64,000 bases of DNA from a virus, in IMG/VR virus record IMGVR_UViG_3300032665_000006, positions 32,001 to 96,000 of that record, one strand, 5' to 3'. Position 1 is the stretch's first letter. Every line of letters starts with the position of its first letter. Position numbers and translations under genes: made by a program. Shown piece by piece: positions 1 to 12,700 of this stretch. The notes beneath the pieces were generated by a model, which was not told the origin of the DNA, ran no database searches, and saw nothing but the letters and a program-made list of their open reading frames with translations.

Positions 1-2
1 GC

Positions 3-239
3 ACCATTTTATGGGCCTATTTGTTTGAAAATCAAACCCCTGAGTTAGAAACAGCAATTTATAATGAAGTTCAGCGTGTAGTTGGTGGAGATCCACGAAT
101 TTATCTAAGTAGTATTAATATGTTTCCCCAGGAAAACGGCATATTATTAGAATTAGAACTACAAACAGTAGCAACAACATCAGCACAAATTTTATCGATA
201 TTCTTTAACGAACAACAGCGTTCCGCAAGTTATGTCTAA
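3..239 (+). CDS. gp25-like baseplate wedge subunit, 5'-truncated by the window edge
   Basis: The frame is open from the window start (TILWAYLFENQTPE...VVGGDPRI), resembling the gp25/GPW 'GT.IW..LFE...DPR' pattern. It lies immediately upstream of a gp6-like gene. Confidence 0.7.
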   Translation, partial: TILWAYLFENQTPELETAIYNEVQRVVGGDPRIYLSSINMFPQENGILLELELQTVATTSAQILSIFFNEQQRSASYV

Positions 240-264
240 CTTAAACTACCCAGTTTATTAAAAC

Positions 265-272
265 CATAAATA
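265..272 (+). promoter_or_regulatory. T4-late-like promoter core CATAAATA
   Basis: Matches the TATAAATA-type late promoter, 19 nt before the baseplate gene ATG. The TAAATA core recurs before many genes in the window. Confidence 0.55.
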
Positions 273-291
273 CTGTATCACTGGAACGACT

Positions 292-3200
292 ATGGCACAG
301 ACAACAAGACAAACCGTACTATTTGGGGTTGAAGATTGGAAAAGAATCTATCAAACTTATAGTGAAGGTGACTTTCAAAGTTACGATTTTGAAACCCTAC
401 GCAAATCCTTCATAGATTACCTGCGCCAGTATTATCCAGAAACATTCAATGATTATATTGAATCATCAGAATTTATAGCATTGCTTGATGTTATGGCTTT
501 TATGGGCCAAGCATTAGCATTTCGTACTGACTTAAACACTCGTGAAAACTATATTGACACAGCAGAACGCCGTGATAGTGTTATTAAATTAGCAAATTTA
601 GTAAGTTATGCTCCACAGCGTAATACAGAAGCTAGCGGATATCTTAAAGTATTTTCTGTACAAACTACAGAAAATGTAACAGACTACAACGGTGTCGACC
701 TTGCTAATATTACAGTTAACTGGGCCGATCCTAGTAACTTTGATTGGCAAGAACAGTTCACAGCTATTCTTAATGCCGCTTTAGTTGATACACAATATGT
801 AGGCAGTCCTGGAAACGATCAAAACATTCTTGGAGTAGATACACAAGAATATACTATTAACTTAGTGCCTGGTTACTTGCCAGTAATCCCTTATACTGCT
901 ACAGTCGATGGAGTTAATATGCCATTCGAAGCAGTTAACGCAACATCATTAGGTGAAACATATATTTACGAACCACCTCCATTGCCAAACGGACAATTTA
1001 ATATATTGTTCCGCAATGATCAATTAGGATATCAGTCAGCTAACACAGGATATTTCTTTTATTTCAAACAAGGTGTTTTACAAAACCAAGATTTCAATTT
1101 AGTAGAAAGCATTGCTAATCGTACTGTTGATATCAATATCGAAGGCGTTAATAATACTGATGTTTGGTTATATCAACTTGATAATTTAGGAAATTTGCGT
1201 CAGTTATGGAATAAAGTTGATTCTGTATATGCGGCTGCAGTTGAACAGATGACTCCTACCTTGCGTACAGTATTTTCCGTTACTAGTCGTACTAATGATC
1301 AAATTACTTTAGTATTTGGTGATAATGTTTTCTCAGCTATTCCAGTAGGGCAATTCCGCAACTATGTTCGTGCGTCTAACGGATTACAATACATTATTAA
1401 TCCAGAAGATATGCAATCTATTTCAATTCCTATCTCGTATGTTAGTCGTACAGGTAGTATTGAAACAATTACATTTACTTGTGGCATAACAACACCTGTA
1501 ACTAATGCCGCTCCACGCGAAACTATTGATCAAATTAAACAAAGAGCGCCAGCTCGTTACTATACACAAAATCGTATGGTTAATGGCGAAGATTATACAA
1601 ACTTTCCATTTACAACATATAATTCAATCATTAAAAGTGCTGCGCTCAATCGTAGTTCAATTGGATCAAGTCGTTATTTGGATTTAGTTGATCCAACAGG
1701 CAAATATTCTTCTACTAATGTGTTTGGTAGTGACGGAGCATTGTGGTATATTAATAACACCCCAGCATTTACATTTACATACCAAACAACTAATGATATT
1801 AATAATGTTATTCTTAATGACATAACACCGTTGCTAATTCAAGCAACAATGAAACAATTTTATTATGCTTATTTTCCACGCCCAAATTTACAATCATTAA
1901 ATTATAGTTGGAATGAAAGTACAACTATTGTAAATGAAACTACTGGATATTTTGTAAACAGTAGCGGAACTCCTGTAGTAGTTGGGCCAACAGCTAGTAA
2001 TAATGCTAAATTTATTGTTGAAACATCATTAATTAAATTTGTTCCGCCTTCTGGGTATCACTTTGATAGCAAAAACGAATTACAACCAGGATTGCCAGTA
2101 TCTGATGATGACCACTTAGTCATATGGGCTTCGCCGACAGCAATATATGGCAACGGCACTAACGGTGGCGTCGGTAATTTAGCTGACGGAACTGGTCCTG
2201 TTGTATTGAATACCTATGTTCCTACTGGCGCAATCGCAGTTCAAGTTATTCCATTATTAACTTCAACTTTCTCTACACAATTAAAACAAAGTATAGCTAA
2301 TCAAATTTATTTAAAAGCTAACTTTGGATTAGGATATGACAGTACAGGAACAATTACTGGTACACCTTATACTTGGTATTTAATAACAGCAGCAAATCTT
2401 GATGTGGGGGCATCCTGGAGCCAAACTTATGCTGGCAATACTTCTGGAGCAAATCTTGATGCTAGTTGGTTAATTCAAGCAACCTTTGATGGCAGTCAAT
2501 ATACTGTAATATCACGCAGTCTTGATTACTACTTTGGTAGTGTTCTCGAAGTTAGATTCTTCTTTGATACAGATCAAGCAATTTACGATAGTCGTACTGG
2601 TACAGTTATTTCAGATTTTGCGAAAGTTTTAAAAACAAACAGTCAACCGTATAATAATTCTCCATTGTTAGCTGATATCCCACTTAAAATTATTGGACAG
2701 CCAGTATTGAGCGATGGCTTAGTTGATGATTATCAAGTGTTAGTTGGATATGAAGACAACAACACAGGTATTCCTACGGATCCAGATTTCTTTCAAGAGA
2801 TTGTTGGAGTTTCACCATCAAGTACAGCGTTGCCACAACCATATGTGTTCTTCCAACTAACGGTAGATTTTGATAATCTAGAAAGATATTTGTTACAGCC
2901 AGAAGGCATTGTAGTTGCTGATTATCCAACATTGGCTGAAATTGAAATAATAAAAACACAATATCCTACAGGGCAAGTATTTTATGCTTATGCAGAAAAT
3001 GCGTTTTATACATTAATATTAAACTTAAACGGTTCATTATCAGTAGTTGCGACTCCAGGGTGGGTAGCACAAGTAGGCCGCCAAAGTTTATATTTCCAAT
3101 ATAGACATAATAGTGCGTTGACAAGTCTTATTGATCCAGGCAGCACAAATATTATTGATTTATATGTTGTAACTGCCGAATACTATACAGCTTATGTTCA

Positions 3201-3720
3201 GTGGATACAAGATACAACAGGCACAGTTACACAACCATTGCCTCCAACTATTGATGAATTGACAACAGCGTATGCTGGCTTACAAGATTATAAGATGATT
3301 AGTGACAATATGATTCTTAATAGTGTAGAATTTTTGCCATTGTTTGGTAGTAAAGCACCAGAAGCATTGAGAGCGACTATTAAAGTAATTCCTGCTGCTA
3401 ATACAAACGCAAGCAATAATCAAATTCGTAATTTAGTGTTAGCAACAATGAACGCATACTTTGATATTGCTAATTGGAATTTTGGCGACACATTTTACTT
3501 CTCAGAATTGGCGGCATATATACATGCACAAATCGGAACTTATGTTGCCTCGGTAGTGTTGGTACCATTAAATCCACAAAAGAGTTTTGGTGATTTGTAT
3601 GAAATACAATGCGCTCCGTATCAAATATTTGTTAACGGCGCAACTATTAATGACATTGAAGTGATTACATCGTTGACTAGTACTAACTTACAAACTGCTC
3701 CTGGCAGCGGAGCAATTTAA
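292..3720 (+). CDS. Baseplate wedge protein, T4 gp6-like (1142 aa)
   Basis: N-terminal DFETLRKSFIDYL...FNDYIESSEFIALLD...ENYIDTAERRDSV motif, internal FGD and 'IKQRAPARYYTQNRMVNGEDY' motifs typical of gp6/baseplate J family; position after gp25-like gene. Confidence 0.8.
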   Translation: MAQTTRQTVLFGVEDWKRIYQTYSEGDFQSYDFETLRKSFIDYLRQYYPETFNDYIESSEFIALLDVMAFMGQALAFRTDLNTRENYIDTAERRDSVIKLANLVSYAPQRNTEASGYLKVFSVQTTENVTDYNGVDLANITVNWADPSNFDWQEQFTAILNAALVDTQYVGSPGNDQNILGVDTQEYTINLVPGYLPVIPYTATVDGVNMPFEAVNATSLGETYIYEPPPLPNGQFNILFRNDQLGYQSANTGYFFYFKQGVLQNQDFNLVESIANRTVDINIEGVNNTDVWLYQLDNLGNLRQLWNKVDSVYAAAVEQMTPTLRTVFSVTSRTNDQITLVFGDNVFSAIPVGQFRNYVRASNGLQYIINPEDMQSISIPISYVSRTGSIETITFTCGITTPVTNAAPRETIDQIKQRAPARYYTQNRMVNGEDYTNFPFTTYNSIIKSAALNRSSIGSSRYLDLVDPTGKYSSTNVFGSDGALWYINNTPAFTFTYQTTNDINNVILNDITPLLIQATMKQFYYAYFPRPNLQSLNYSWNESTTIVNETTGYFVNSSGTPVVVGPTASNNAKFIVETSLIKFVPPSGYHFDSKNELQPGLPVSDDDHLVIWASPTAIYGNGTNGGVGNLADGTGPVVLNTYVPTGAIAVQVIPLLTSTFSTQLKQSIANQIYLKANFGLGYDSTGTITGTPYTWYLITAANLDVGASWSQTYAGNTSGANLDASWLIQATFDGSQYTVISRSLDYYFGSVLEVRFFFDTDQAIYDSRTGTVISDFAKVLKTNSQPYNNSPLLADIPLKIIGQPVLSDGLVDDYQVLVGYEDNNTGIPTDPDFFQEIVGVSPSSTALPQPYVFFQLTVDFDNLERYLLQPEGIVVADYPTLAEIEIIKTQYPTGQVFYAYAENAFYTLILNLNGSLSVVATPGWVAQVGRQSLYFQYRHNSALTSLIDPGSTNIIDLYVVTAEYYTAYVQWIQDTTGTVTQPLPPTIDELTTAYAGLQDYKMISDNMILNSVEFLPLFGSKAPEALRATIKVIPAANTNASNNQIRNLVLATMNAYFDIANWNFGDTFYFSELAAYIHAQIGTYVASVVLVPLNPQKSFGDLYEIQCAPYQIFVNGATINDIEVITSLTSTNLQTAPGSGAI

Positions 3721-6700
3721 TGGCCGCAAAAATCCGTTCAGTTGATTTCCTGCCGGAAATATTTCAAACCCCAGTAAACAAACAGTTTCTGGATGCCACA
3801 CTCGACCAATTAATTCAAGAGCCAAAATATAAACAGACTCAAGGATATATAGGACAAAAGGTTGGCCCAGGTGTAAATCCTGCCGACAACTATGTGGTAG
3901 AACCTACTAAAGTTCGTAATGATTATCAATTAGAACCTGGTATTGTATCGCTTAGTCCAACAACTTCAAAAATCGATGATGTCATTACCTATCCAGGTAT
4001 TATTGATGCTTTATCAACTCAAGGCGGCATAACAAATCAAGCAGATCGTTTGTTTGAAAGTGAATATTACTCTTGGGATCCATTTGTTGATTTTGACAAA
4101 CTTAATAACTATGCTCAATATTATTGGGTTCCAAACGGACCAGATTTAGTTACAGTAGCGCCAACAGCTATTCCAACAGAACAAACATTTACAGTTACTC
4201 GCACTAATGGAGCATATACTTTTAGCGGCTACACTGGTAATAATCCTGAATTGACATTAGTTCGTAACGGAAGCTATAACTTTGTTATTGCTCAAACAGA
4301 TCCAGTAACAGTTCAATATCGTGTTACAAATAACGGATCTAGTAGCTGGGCAATTAATTATCAACCAAATCCTACATTAACATTAGTTCGTGGCAACACT
4401 TATATCTTTAATTTAATACAAACAGCAAACTATGCTTTTTATATTAAAACTCAAGAAAGTTATGGTACTACTAACTTATGGACTGAAGGAGTTACTAACG
4501 GCGGCGCAGCTCAAGGGCAAGTTACTTTTACTGTTCCACAAGATGCTCCGGATACATTATACTATTGTAACGATTTAGAATTTAATTTACGCGGTCAACT
4601 TAACATCATTGATGCTTCTGCCGGCACAGGCCCAGAATTTTGGATACAAACAGAACCTGGTGTTGATGGACGCTTGCCTTGGTCTCCTAATATCTCTGAT
4701 AGAGATGTTTTAGGAGTTGTTAATAACGGTATTGATCTCGGAACCGTAACTTTTAATGTTCCTGATGTTAACGCACAGAATTTTTATTATTCTATGCCTT
4801 ATATTGGATATCCAACATCAACAACAGGAAAGGTTGATTTAATTTGTTCGTCTTTTACTTACGATCAACTTAACGGAGTTTCAGTACAACAATTTTTAAC
4901 AAACAATCCACAAGGTATTGACGGAATTACTAACCTTAATTCTCGTACATTAATTTTTACTACACAGTCATCTGATCCAGACTCGGGCGGTTGGTATAAT
5001 GTTACACCTTTTGATCCATTACAGCCTTCTGATAATAATCAAACCGGGGCATTTGATACTACAGCATTTGCTGAAGCAACTCCAATTACTGATCCGTCCA
5101 TTCAATTCAGTTTGTGGCAAATTCAATATGTTAATGATGTTAACGGTGTGCCATTTATAAAACTTAACAGTATTTTGTCAATTTCAGATTTAACACAATT
5201 TTCTGTTGCTTATGGCGCACAATATATTAATACTCAGTGGTATAAAAATGCTGAAGGCTTTTTTACACAGATGCCATTGCTTACTGCCGCATTGCCACAG
5301 TTATACTATCAAGATAGTATAGATCCAAGCATTTTTGGCGTAATTAATTTAATCGAAGGTAACACTAATAATAATGTACCGCCTTTATCGATTACAAATA
5401 TAACTTCAACTGGCACATCAGTAACATTAACATTTGCCGCACAACAAACAGCACCATATTCTATTGGTAGTACAATTATTGTATCTGAAGTTAATCCAGC
5501 ACAATACAATGGCGATTATGTTGTTACTGGATGTACAACATCGACAGTAACTTATTCTAGTACAGTTACCGAAAGTTATGTAAACAGCGGCACAATTAAT
5601 GCTATTAGCATCAATGCTTTTATTAATGTTGACACAGATATTTTAGGTAAAACTAATTATGTAAGTCCAAATGGGGTAACATTTACAAACGGACTTAAAA
5701 TTGTTTTTGAAGGTACAGTTTACCCATCAAGTTATGTAGGCAATACATATTATGTACAAGGTGTAGGATCAAGTATTGTATTAGTACCAGAAACTAGTTT
5801 AGTAGTTCCTGAAACTTACGCTGTAGAAATCGATGGTGAACCTGTCGTTCCTGATTATATGACCATCAATATGGCTAGTCAGGATCTTAATCCTTGGAGT
5901 CGTAGTAATCGCTGGTTCCACATTGATGTTATTGATGCCGCGGCCGCGTATAATGATATAGTACCAGATTTTACCAATGTACAGCGAGCTAATCGTCCTA
6001 TTTTAGAATTCCGTGCCGGAACAAAATTATTTAATTTTGGCACACAAGGTCTTCCTGCAATTAATATTATTGATTTTACACAAACTAACGCATTACTTAA
6101 TGTTAATGGGCAACCAAGCTACGGAGTAGATGGTTATAATTTAGTCGATGGCAGTTTAGTTATATTTGCTGCCGACTCTAATCCAGAAGTTGCTAATCAA
6201 ATTTATCAAGTTAATTTTGTAGTAGTGGATCCGGAAGTATCAACCGTACCTATTATTGATTTAACGCCTACAAGTTATAGTCCAGCATTAGCAAATCAAA
6301 CGACAGTTTGCCTTAATGGAAATACTTTAACTGGACAAAGTTTTTATTATAATGGCGTTTCGTGGAGTCCTCCGCAAAATCCTTGGATTATTTCAAGCTC
6401 TACTCAGCCAGCTAATACAACACCGGTGGTTCAATCATACGCAACACAAGTACTTGCCGAGGGATTAAACGCTACACAACAAAAATCTACGGTTAATCAA
6501 CCACCTTTGTTTGATGTTTATGACATCAATGGATATAGTTTTGGCGATATAGAAAAGTACCCAAGTACAAACTTCACTGGTTGTAAATTATTAAGCTACG
6601 CTGAAAATCCTGATAATCCAGCTGATGCTGTATTAGGCATTCCGTTAGCTTTCTTTAGTATTGATAATATTGGTGATATTTTATTCGACAATAATTTATA

Positions 6701-9700
6701 TAATGACACATTTATCTATACTCCATCTGGCACAGGTACTACAGTAAATGTAAGTAGCGGGTTTGTTTATCAATATTCAGACAGAATAGCATTTACTCCA
6801 GAGATTGGCTGGCAAACAGCGGCGATTCCATCATTACCTCGCCAACAATTTCAATTTAGTTATGCTGGTGTTCCATTACAACTTGACATTGCTGTTGAAA
6901 CAAGTCTCGATGTTCCAGCAGTACAAGTATTTGTTAATAATGTTTATCAAGTTCCATCAATATATACACTTTCAGTCAATACTACTACTAATGTTTCTAC
7001 TATTACATTAAATGGCACTTATGTTACTGGTGATATAATTGAAATACTTGCTTATAGTAGTCAAGTAAGCGCACAAGGTTTTTATGAAGTTCCTATCAAT
7101 CTTGAAAACAATCCGTTCAACGGAAATTCAAAACAATTTAGTTTAGGTACAATTCGTAATCACTACGGTACAATTTGCGAAAATTTAGTTGATTTACAAG
7201 GTCCTATAAATGGAAGAAATAATACTCGCGACTTAGGCGACATTGTTCCTTTTGGCCAATTAATTTTACAACAATCTTCGCCTTTAACATTAGCTGGATA
7301 TTTCTTACGCTCACCAAACTATGATATTTTTGCTGCTTTAGAATATAACAGTAGAGAATATATCAAATATAAAAATAAATTGTTAACGGCAGTTACACAA
7401 TTAAATCTTAACGGCACAGAAACTGTTTCGCAAATTCTTGATTTAGGTGTAAGAAATATTACACAAAGTTTAACAAGTTCTGATCCATTTTATTGGTCAG
7501 ATATGTTGCCTGTTGGGACAAATTATACTTCTAGTACAACAGTTGTAAATCCTATTACTACCGCAACATTTAACACAATTCAAACATACGACTTTACTTC
7601 GTCAAATTATCTTGGTTTATTAGTATATGTTAATAATGTATTATTAGTTCGTAACAGTCAATATGTTGTATCACCTGACGCTCCTAAATTAACAATTTTA
7701 ATACCATTAAATGTTGGCGATGTTGTAACGATTAATGAATATCCAACTACTGTAGCCAGCTGGTGTCCTAACACACCAAGTAAAATGGGCTTATATCCTA
7801 AGTATACTCCAAGTATTTTTGTTGATGAAACTTATTCAGAGCCAACAGTAGTAATTCAAGGACACGATGGCAGCATCACTATTGCTTTTGGTGACATTCG
7901 TGATCAAGTATTACTTGAATTTGAAAAGCGTATATACGATAACATCAAAGTTGATGACAATCCAATTCCATTAACTACTGATGAAGTTGATCCTGATTTT
8001 TACCCAGCACAAACTACAGCATTGTTGCCTGGCTTCTTCCGTAAAACTCCATATAGTTACGAAGAAGTTAACCAAATAATGAGTGAAGACTTTTTAACTT
8101 GGGTTGGACAAAATAAAGTAGATTATACACAACAAAATTATGTTGCTGATAATCCTTTCACATACAATTATATTCAAGCTGCTAATCGCATTGATGGCAC
8201 AGAATTCCTACAAGGTAACTGGCGTGGAATTTATCGTTACTTCTACGATACAGAAACTCCTAATACTACACCTTGGGAAATGGTTGGATTTTCGGAAGAA
8301 CCAGCTTGGTGGATTACACGATATGGTCCTGCTCCTTATACTGATGGCAATACAGTATTGTGGGATGATATGGAACTTGGCTTAGTTGCCGATCCAACAG
8401 GTCCTTATGTATTACCTGAATATGCTCGTCCTGGATTAAGTGAAATTATTCCTGCCGGATCAGAAGGCGAACTATTACCTCCGTTTGAATCTGTTATGGG
8501 CAAAAATGATCCATATGGATTCCAACAATCTTGGGTAGCTGGCGATGGCGGACCAGTACAAGCATCTTGGTGGAAGAGTAGTTCTTATCCATTTGCTATT
8601 ATGCGTTTGTTGGCATTAACTAAGCCAGCACAGTTTTTCTCATTATTCGCCGACAGAGATTTATATCGTTACAATACTACATTAGGTCAGTATTTGATGA
8701 ACAATCGTTATCGTTTAGATGCTTCTGGCGTTCAAGTGTATGGTAACGGAGTAAGTAAAGCAAGTTATATCAACTGGATTGTTGATTATAATCAACAAAC
8801 AGGCATTAATAGTACTACAGCACTAACTGAAGATTTAGCAAACTTAGATGTACGACTATGTTATCGTATGGCTTCATTCTCTGATCCAGTGTATGTACAA
8901 CTATTCACTGAAAGAGCTGGCCCAAACTCTACAAATAATAGTTTGTTGATTCCGCCAACAAGTTATGATTTATTATTTTATAAAAATCAACCTTTTAATC
9001 AGATTACATATAGTTCTGTAATTGTACAAGTAGAAGAACTAGAAGGTGGCGGCATCGGCTATTCTGTATTTGGATACAGCAATGTTCAACCATATTTTGA
9101 AATATTAGTAAGTAGTCCGGTTGGCTTATATCAAACTATTTCAGCAGGCGACATAACAGTTCAAGTACCTTCACAATATACAGCTAATGTAAAACAAATT
9201 CCTTATGGCTATGTATTCACAAGTCCTGCTAGTGTTTGCGACTTTTTATTAGGTTACGGAGCATGGCTTACAAGTCAAGGATTAGTATTTGATGATATCT
9301 ACAACGGTTATACATTAGATTGGAAACAAATGGCGCAAGAGTTTTTATACTTTGGCGCTCAAGGATGGCAAGCAGGCACAATGATTAATTTAAATCCTTG
9401 TGCTACTACTATCAAAGCTAGTCAACCTATTAGTATTGTGGACACTATTGCTAGTGTTACACCAGAAAATATGTTGTTAGATCAAAATCGATTTGTACTT
9501 GATGTTAGAACAATGGTTGTTAACCGTAATGGCAACGAATTTTCTGTTACTACAACTAACGGCCAAACAATTAACTATCTTACATTAAAGTTTACAAATT
9601 ACGAAGATATGATTGTATTGAATAATACTAGTCAATACAACGATTTAATTTACGATCCAATCACCGCGGCTCGTCAAGTACGCTTGAGTTTAATAGCCTC

Positions 9701-12700
9701 TACAACTACAGAGTGGGATGGCCAACTTAATGCTCAAGGTTTCATACTTAACTTAAACAATGTTCAGGAATGGCAACAATATCACAAGTATACTAAAGGC
9801 GAAATTGTATTGTATAAAAATACATATTGGCAAGCTATTGATATTAGTGAACCTCAGGAAACATTTAACTATGCTGATTGGGTTAAGAGTGATTACCAAG
9901 CTATTGATAATGGATTATTACCTAACTTAGCTAATAAAGCTGATCAATTAGTTGATACTTATAATGTATACACCGCTAATTTAACTAGCGACAATGATTT
10001 ATTTGCGTTTGGATTAATTGGATTCCGTCCTCGAACATATATGAGCGATATGAATCTTAATGGTGTAACACAGGTTCAAATTTATCAACAATTCCTTGGA
10101 TCAAAAGGAACATTGAAAGCGGCAGAAATTTTTAATACAGCTCAGCTTAATGGCAAAGAAAGTGGCGCTTACAATGTTTACGAAAATTGGGGCGTCTTAT
10201 CTGGCACTTATGGAGCTCAAGCTAACAAGAGTTATTTTGAGATTCAATTAAATCAAGCATTATTGCCTTATAATCCATCGACTATACAAATTATTAATCC
10301 TGGACAAACAAGTCAAGCAAATCAAGCAGTATATTTGAATAATTTATGGAGAGAAAGTTACAATATTACATCTCCTGATATTTTGCCAACAACATACGAA
10401 AATAGTAGCTTATCGTCAGCACTTCCTAGTGCCGGTTATGTATGCTTAGATGATGTTGATGTTACAGTATTCAGTCTTGAAGATCCTTCTGCTATTAGTG
10501 CGGATATTAATAATATTGGTATTGGAACTTATATTTGGATTGCCAAGATTAATAGTTATGACTGGGGTGTATACCGAGTAGCAAGCGTCCCTGGTCAAAT
10601 GATTCAATTAACAGATAACCTTGATGGCACTAGTATTGTTCAATTTAATGCGGCGCATAACTTGTCAGTTGCTGATTTAATTATTATCAAATATTTTAAT
10701 GTTGGAGCAAATGGTGTATATCGAGTATTAAGTGTGCCAACACCAACAACATTAACAATCGCATTTTCGTTTACAAATACTAATGTAACAACAATTAGCG
10801 GTAACGGATTAGTATTCCATTTACAAAGTGCTCGTGTAAGTCAAGCTAGTGATATAGCTTCATTACCTTATGTTAATAGCTTAGTACCTGGCGCTATTGC
10901 TTGGATTGATAATAATGGCGACGGCCACTGGGAAACGGTACAAAAACAAACACCTTTTACAACAAGCTCGACTATTGCTCCAGGATTAGTTGCTTCTAAT
11001 CAGTACGGTGCTAGTATAGCACAGACACAAAATAACTTTGCGGCTTTAGTTGGCGCTCCAACAGGAGAAGCTGGAGCGGGCTCAGTATTAACTTACTTCA
11101 AGAGTGTAATAAATGATTATCAATTTGGAACTACACTAAGTCTTGGCGTTCCAGAAACTAGTAATTTTGGCAATATGCTAGCTTTTGGAAATTCTAACTG
11201 GGCTATCGCTGGTGCTAACACTAGTATGTCAGGCACAGGCTATGCGGCAGTAATATATAGAGATTCAGCTTTAAATTCTATGGCAATAGCACAGATTCTT
11301 GTGCCACCAGATTTAAATTTTGGAGCTATTGGTTTTGGAACCTCGGGTGCTATCAGTCTTGACGAAAAGTGGTTGTATGTTGGTGCACCAGGTGCCAATA
11401 CAGTTTACGCATATGAAAAAATTGAAGTAGAAATTCAAACTGTTGCGTATACAGTTGAAAATAATGCGTTAGTTTATCAATATTCAAACGAGATACAAGT
11501 TAATTCGCAATATCCAGGTCAAATGATTGTTACATTGAGCGGATTTAAATTAACACCTGGTGTAGATTATACATTAAATCAAAATAATTTAATATTCACA
11601 GCTCCGCCAACAAACGGACAAAAATTAGTAATGACTCGCAATCTAGAAACTCAGCTAGATGATTACTATTACTATGGTGTACAACAAAATTCTACCTCCG
11701 GCACTGGAGTAGGAGCGGTATTCACAGTTGAAAATACTCGCGGCGAATACTATGTTACTTTAGCAGATGGCGGATCTAGTTATCGCGTTAACGATACACT
11801 TACAATCGATGGCACTCAAATTGGCGGCACCGCCCCTGCTAATAATTTAGTAATTACAGTAACCGCTAAAAATACACTAGGTCAAATAACTGGCTTCTCT
11901 TATATTGGCAATGGCCCAAGTAATACTAACAATTTTGCTTTAAATCAATATTTGTACAATGCTACTTCTATTAGTAGTTTTGTTGTTAAGGTAAATGGAG
12001 TAATTCAGCGTCCATATATAGATTATACATTTGACAATAATACAACCGTATTAACCTTTGTAACAATTCCTGGCTTAGGCGCTAAAATTAATGTAATAAC
12101 ATCAACATACTGGCAGTATGTTACAAATATTACTTCATCATCTTCAATATCTGGTGATATGTTTGGTGCTAGCGTAACAACTACTACTGATGGCCGTCAA
12201 ATAATAGTTGGCGCCCCAAATGCTGATATAAATGGAGCAACAGACGCTGGCGTAGTATATGTATTTGACCGTAGTGTTATTCGTTATATTGTATCAAACC
12301 CAGCACAAATGACATATACTGTTCCTGGTAATGTTACTGGTCCTGTGGCAGTAAGTGTTAATGAAACTTTCTTGTTGACAACAGCACAAGCCGTATTAGG
12401 ACAATTTACAGTTAACGGCAATAATATTGTATTCTCTAATATAGAATTTAATTACGGCGATATAATTGAAATTGAAACTAATCAAATAGTTCAAATTCAA
12501 GAATTAGTTAGCGATACAGTAGATGCCGAAGCTAATTACGGATTAGCACTCGATGCTTGTCCGTTAAATTGTAGTTTATATATTGGCGCACCGTTTGATA
12601 GCACACATTTATTAGATGCTGGCTCGGTAGATCATCAAGTAAATCAATCTAGAGTCTACGGAGTTACAACATCAACGATTGCTAATCCAACTTTATTTGG

